This document shows, piece by piece, positions 61,176-64,000 of a stretch of 64,000 bases of DNA. Positions within the stretch are counted from its first letter, which is position 1. Every line of letters begins with the position of its first letter. Below the pieces are notes generated by a model, which saw only the letters and a list, made by a program, of their open reading frames with translations, was not told the origin of the DNA and did no database searches. Where the stretch lies: assembly GCF_000315625.1 (NCBI RefSeq), contig NW_005434666.1, positions 1,011,806-1,075,805 on the forward strand. Reading direction: 5' to 3'. This stretch comes from Guillardia theta CCMP2712 (lineage: Eukaryota > Protista > Cryptophyta). A program made the position numbers and the translations under genes.

Positions 61176-62771
61176 TCACTGCTTTTGCAACATTTGTTCC
61201 TAGACATTCAACAAGATCAGAACAGAACCGGAGACAGACAATTCATATCCACCTGGACTTGCTTGTAGTGCAGAGGATACTTCCACATCAACTTGGGTGG
61301 AGGAGCAGCACGACGTGGGATTCGCTCGAATTTCTCTGGTTTCAACATTGCACGAAGTCCTGCAAGACGACAAATTAATTCAGGCGTGTGAAAATTTCAC
61401 ACCGCAGGTCATTCGAGAAGGTGAATATCGATTAAGCTCCATTACTAGTCACATCGACATACCTAGCCTGTTGTAGTAGGCGATGATGACCTTTCCCCCT
61501 GCTTCTTCGATGATTCGCTTTGCCTGCAGCAACCATTAGCCACTCCACATCTCCTACACGTCGGCAAACCTGGGCAGACGCGTCGGAAACTTCTATCTGA
61601 AGGGGTCGGTCGATCTTGGTCCTGAGCGCAGGCAGAATGAGAAGAGTAGGATAGCAAGAGGGCATGCACGAACAGTTCTTTCCCCTTAGCAAGGAGTTTG
61701 ATCCCTTTCTTGATGTTGCTTCCAACGCAACCGGTGTCACGCAACACCTAACAGCACCTGTGACAAGTCCAACCCTGCACAGTCCAACAAGACCTTCATG
61801 TTGATCAACTTGGAGGAGTCGATTCTTCCCTGCTGGATCCAAGACCAGAGGCGATCGCTGCAGTGGCATCGCAATGACCGCTGGGAGACGGAGCACAACA
61901 ACTACTTCCACCCTCACTCTCACTACCACTTACATGTTCAGCCCCTCCAGAAGGGAAATGTAAGCATGCACGTTCTTGTGACCGAATTTCGGGAGTTTCT
62001 CTGCCAAGGCATCAGGGCCCGCGCAGCTCAGGTGTCACTCTCACTCATCAAGGGAGTCTGCCCTCCTTCGAAGCCCAGGAGCCCATGGTTGCCAGCGCGT
62101 GCGCGCTACGAGTTTACATCGTCTCAGACAGCACAAGAGAGGAACATGTCGGCTCCAACCTGTCCCTTGTGGCCCCTGCCCGAAGTCTTTCCAAGGCCGC
62201 TTCCCGTTCCCCTGAGTGCGGCCGTGAGCTTCAGCATGTCACGGCATGTCTGACCTTCCCAGACGCTTCTTGCTGGGGCGAGCACCGGGGTTGTCGCGGA
62301 GGTCAGAAAGAGTGACCTAGTCAAGATTGTGATCGCGCTGACCGCACACGGAGACCCAACCTGCGAGCTGAACGATCGCTCCTGCACGTTCTTCAACAGA
62401 TTCCGATCCATGAGTTGCGAAGCAGCAAGGGGGAGCGAAGGGAAACTTGCACGACCTGGAGTGTCAAGACAGGGTTCGTATGAGATCGCAACGTCAAAGT
62501 GATTGAGAGGTCAAAATGTACCAGAAGTCAGCGACCTGCAAAGGCACCACGGAATTACAAGAAGTTTTGTCAAGATGTTACAGTCAACAACCTGACGATG
62601 TTGACGTTGTTGTTGATCGCCGATCTCTCCCACTTCATGAAACCTACCCAGAGCTCGAATCAGGCGATACGAGAAAACGAGAAATTTCAAGGAAGCATGG
62701 GGGCTGCTTTCATAGGAACAGGCAAAGTGCGTACCGAATGTAGGACCAGCAACAGATCGCAGACATAACAT
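61176..62771 (-). CDS. MRPL15: Mitochondrial ribosomal protein uL15; start uncertain
   Basis: LSDLRDNPGA; RGTGSGLGKTSGRGHKGQ; GFEGGQTP; GRIDSSKLINMK; GIKLLAKG; LQIEVSDAS; IIEEAGGKV; GLRAMLKPEKF..PPPK. Presequence-like N-terminus. Confidence 0.85.
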
Positions 62772-63103
62772 CTTGGATGATCTTATGTCAAAGTGTCAGA
62801 GAAAAGAATACATATTACATGCACAGCTCCCATTAACAGAAGCCTTCCTGGCTGATCCACCTAGGTTTCCCCCACTGCTTATCCCCATGAACATGTCTTT
62901 TCAAGGATAAACAATGTTGTAGATGCTGCTAGTACTCCCTTGATGTTGTTTCCTGCTTTTCTCCACTCTCCTCTACCTCTCCACTCATTCCCCCTCTCCC
63001 CCCTTCACGGTTCTTCGAATATCTCAGATAGTTCACAACTTCGAGGCTTGCAATGACAGCATTGTACACCTCTCTGTCCTCCTCATCCTAGTCCTTCTGC
63101 TGA

Positions 63104-63421
<318 letters not shown>

Positions 63422-64000
63422 TGACAAGCGCCTGCATGCTTCTAGATCACTCAACTCTTCCTCAGTATCTGTTGGAACCGTTACAACAGAGGCTAGACGT
63501 TACAAAAAGGAAAACGGTTACTCGGGTCGCAACGGACCGTTTCATCTCGTCCGAGATTACCCCTTCATTCGACTTGTGTTTTCGGGGTGGTTGGAAAAGT
63601 ACCGGTAATAAAGGGGTGGGGGTCATTGAAATGAATCTTTTCTTAGAGATCGGTAGGGGTAATCAAAGGGGAAAGGTAGGGTTCAGAGAAGACTGGTAGG
63701 GTCCTATGGCCGAAGGTAGGGTTTGTGCCGAGGGGTGTGAATACGGGGGGGTGGTAGAGCTGACGCGGCTCATGGTGACGTGAGGAAAGGAAAGGAAAGG
63801 AAGCGCAAGAGAAGAGATGAGGGAATGAGGAGAAGAGAACAAACAAGAAGATTCAATGGCGAGAACAAGCTTCAATGAGAAGGAGAGAAGGACAGGGTAG
63901 ACACGAACAGCTGAGGAGGACGGGGGGAAGGAAGGAAGGCGATAGATAAACCAGAGAGATAAGCAAAGTAACGAGAAAAGCATACAAGGAGAGAGCTGAG

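Noticed and set aside
44755-62771. Functional cluster of mitochondrial genes (NYN-HEAT, carrier, TMEM65, uL15)
   Set aside because: The genes are interspersed with unrelated ones and targeting is only inferred. Chance clustering is plausible.

Overview
Gene-dense, intron-rich eukaryotic nuclear DNA. It has many ~45-65 nt spliceosomal introns with CTGAC-type branch points, introns expanded by microsatellites, and one 100-N assembly gap. The overall style suggests a cryptophyte alga such as Guillardia or Hanusia (inference). Gene models were spliced by hand from the ORF track, so exon boundaries are approximate. About 17 protein-coding genes were found. In order: a head-to-head pair of paralogous genes (SH3/MIB-HERC2-like head + long coiled coil; the + strand copy ends in a PDZ domain), a small 4-TM membrane protein, an EsV-1-7 repeat protein, a probable GT-A glycosyltransferase, an intronless hypothetical ORF, a giant (~3,300 aa) LRR protein, a Chk2-like FHA kinase, a signal-anchored hypothetical protein, FAM184-like, a NYN/C2H2/HEAT fusion, a degenerate mitochondrial carrier, an EF-hand-TMEM65 fusion, a UBL-eS30 fusion, an LSMT-like SET protein, NAMPT, a type I PIP5K with an inserted thioredoxin-fold domain, and mitochondrial uL15. 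The most notable items are the LRR protein built from ~18 capped modules, the PIP5K-thioredoxin insertion, the divergent paralog pair, the EF-hand-TMEM65 fusion, and two recurrent classes of promoter-associated sequence. No rRNA, tRNA, CRISPR array or convincing transposon was seen.
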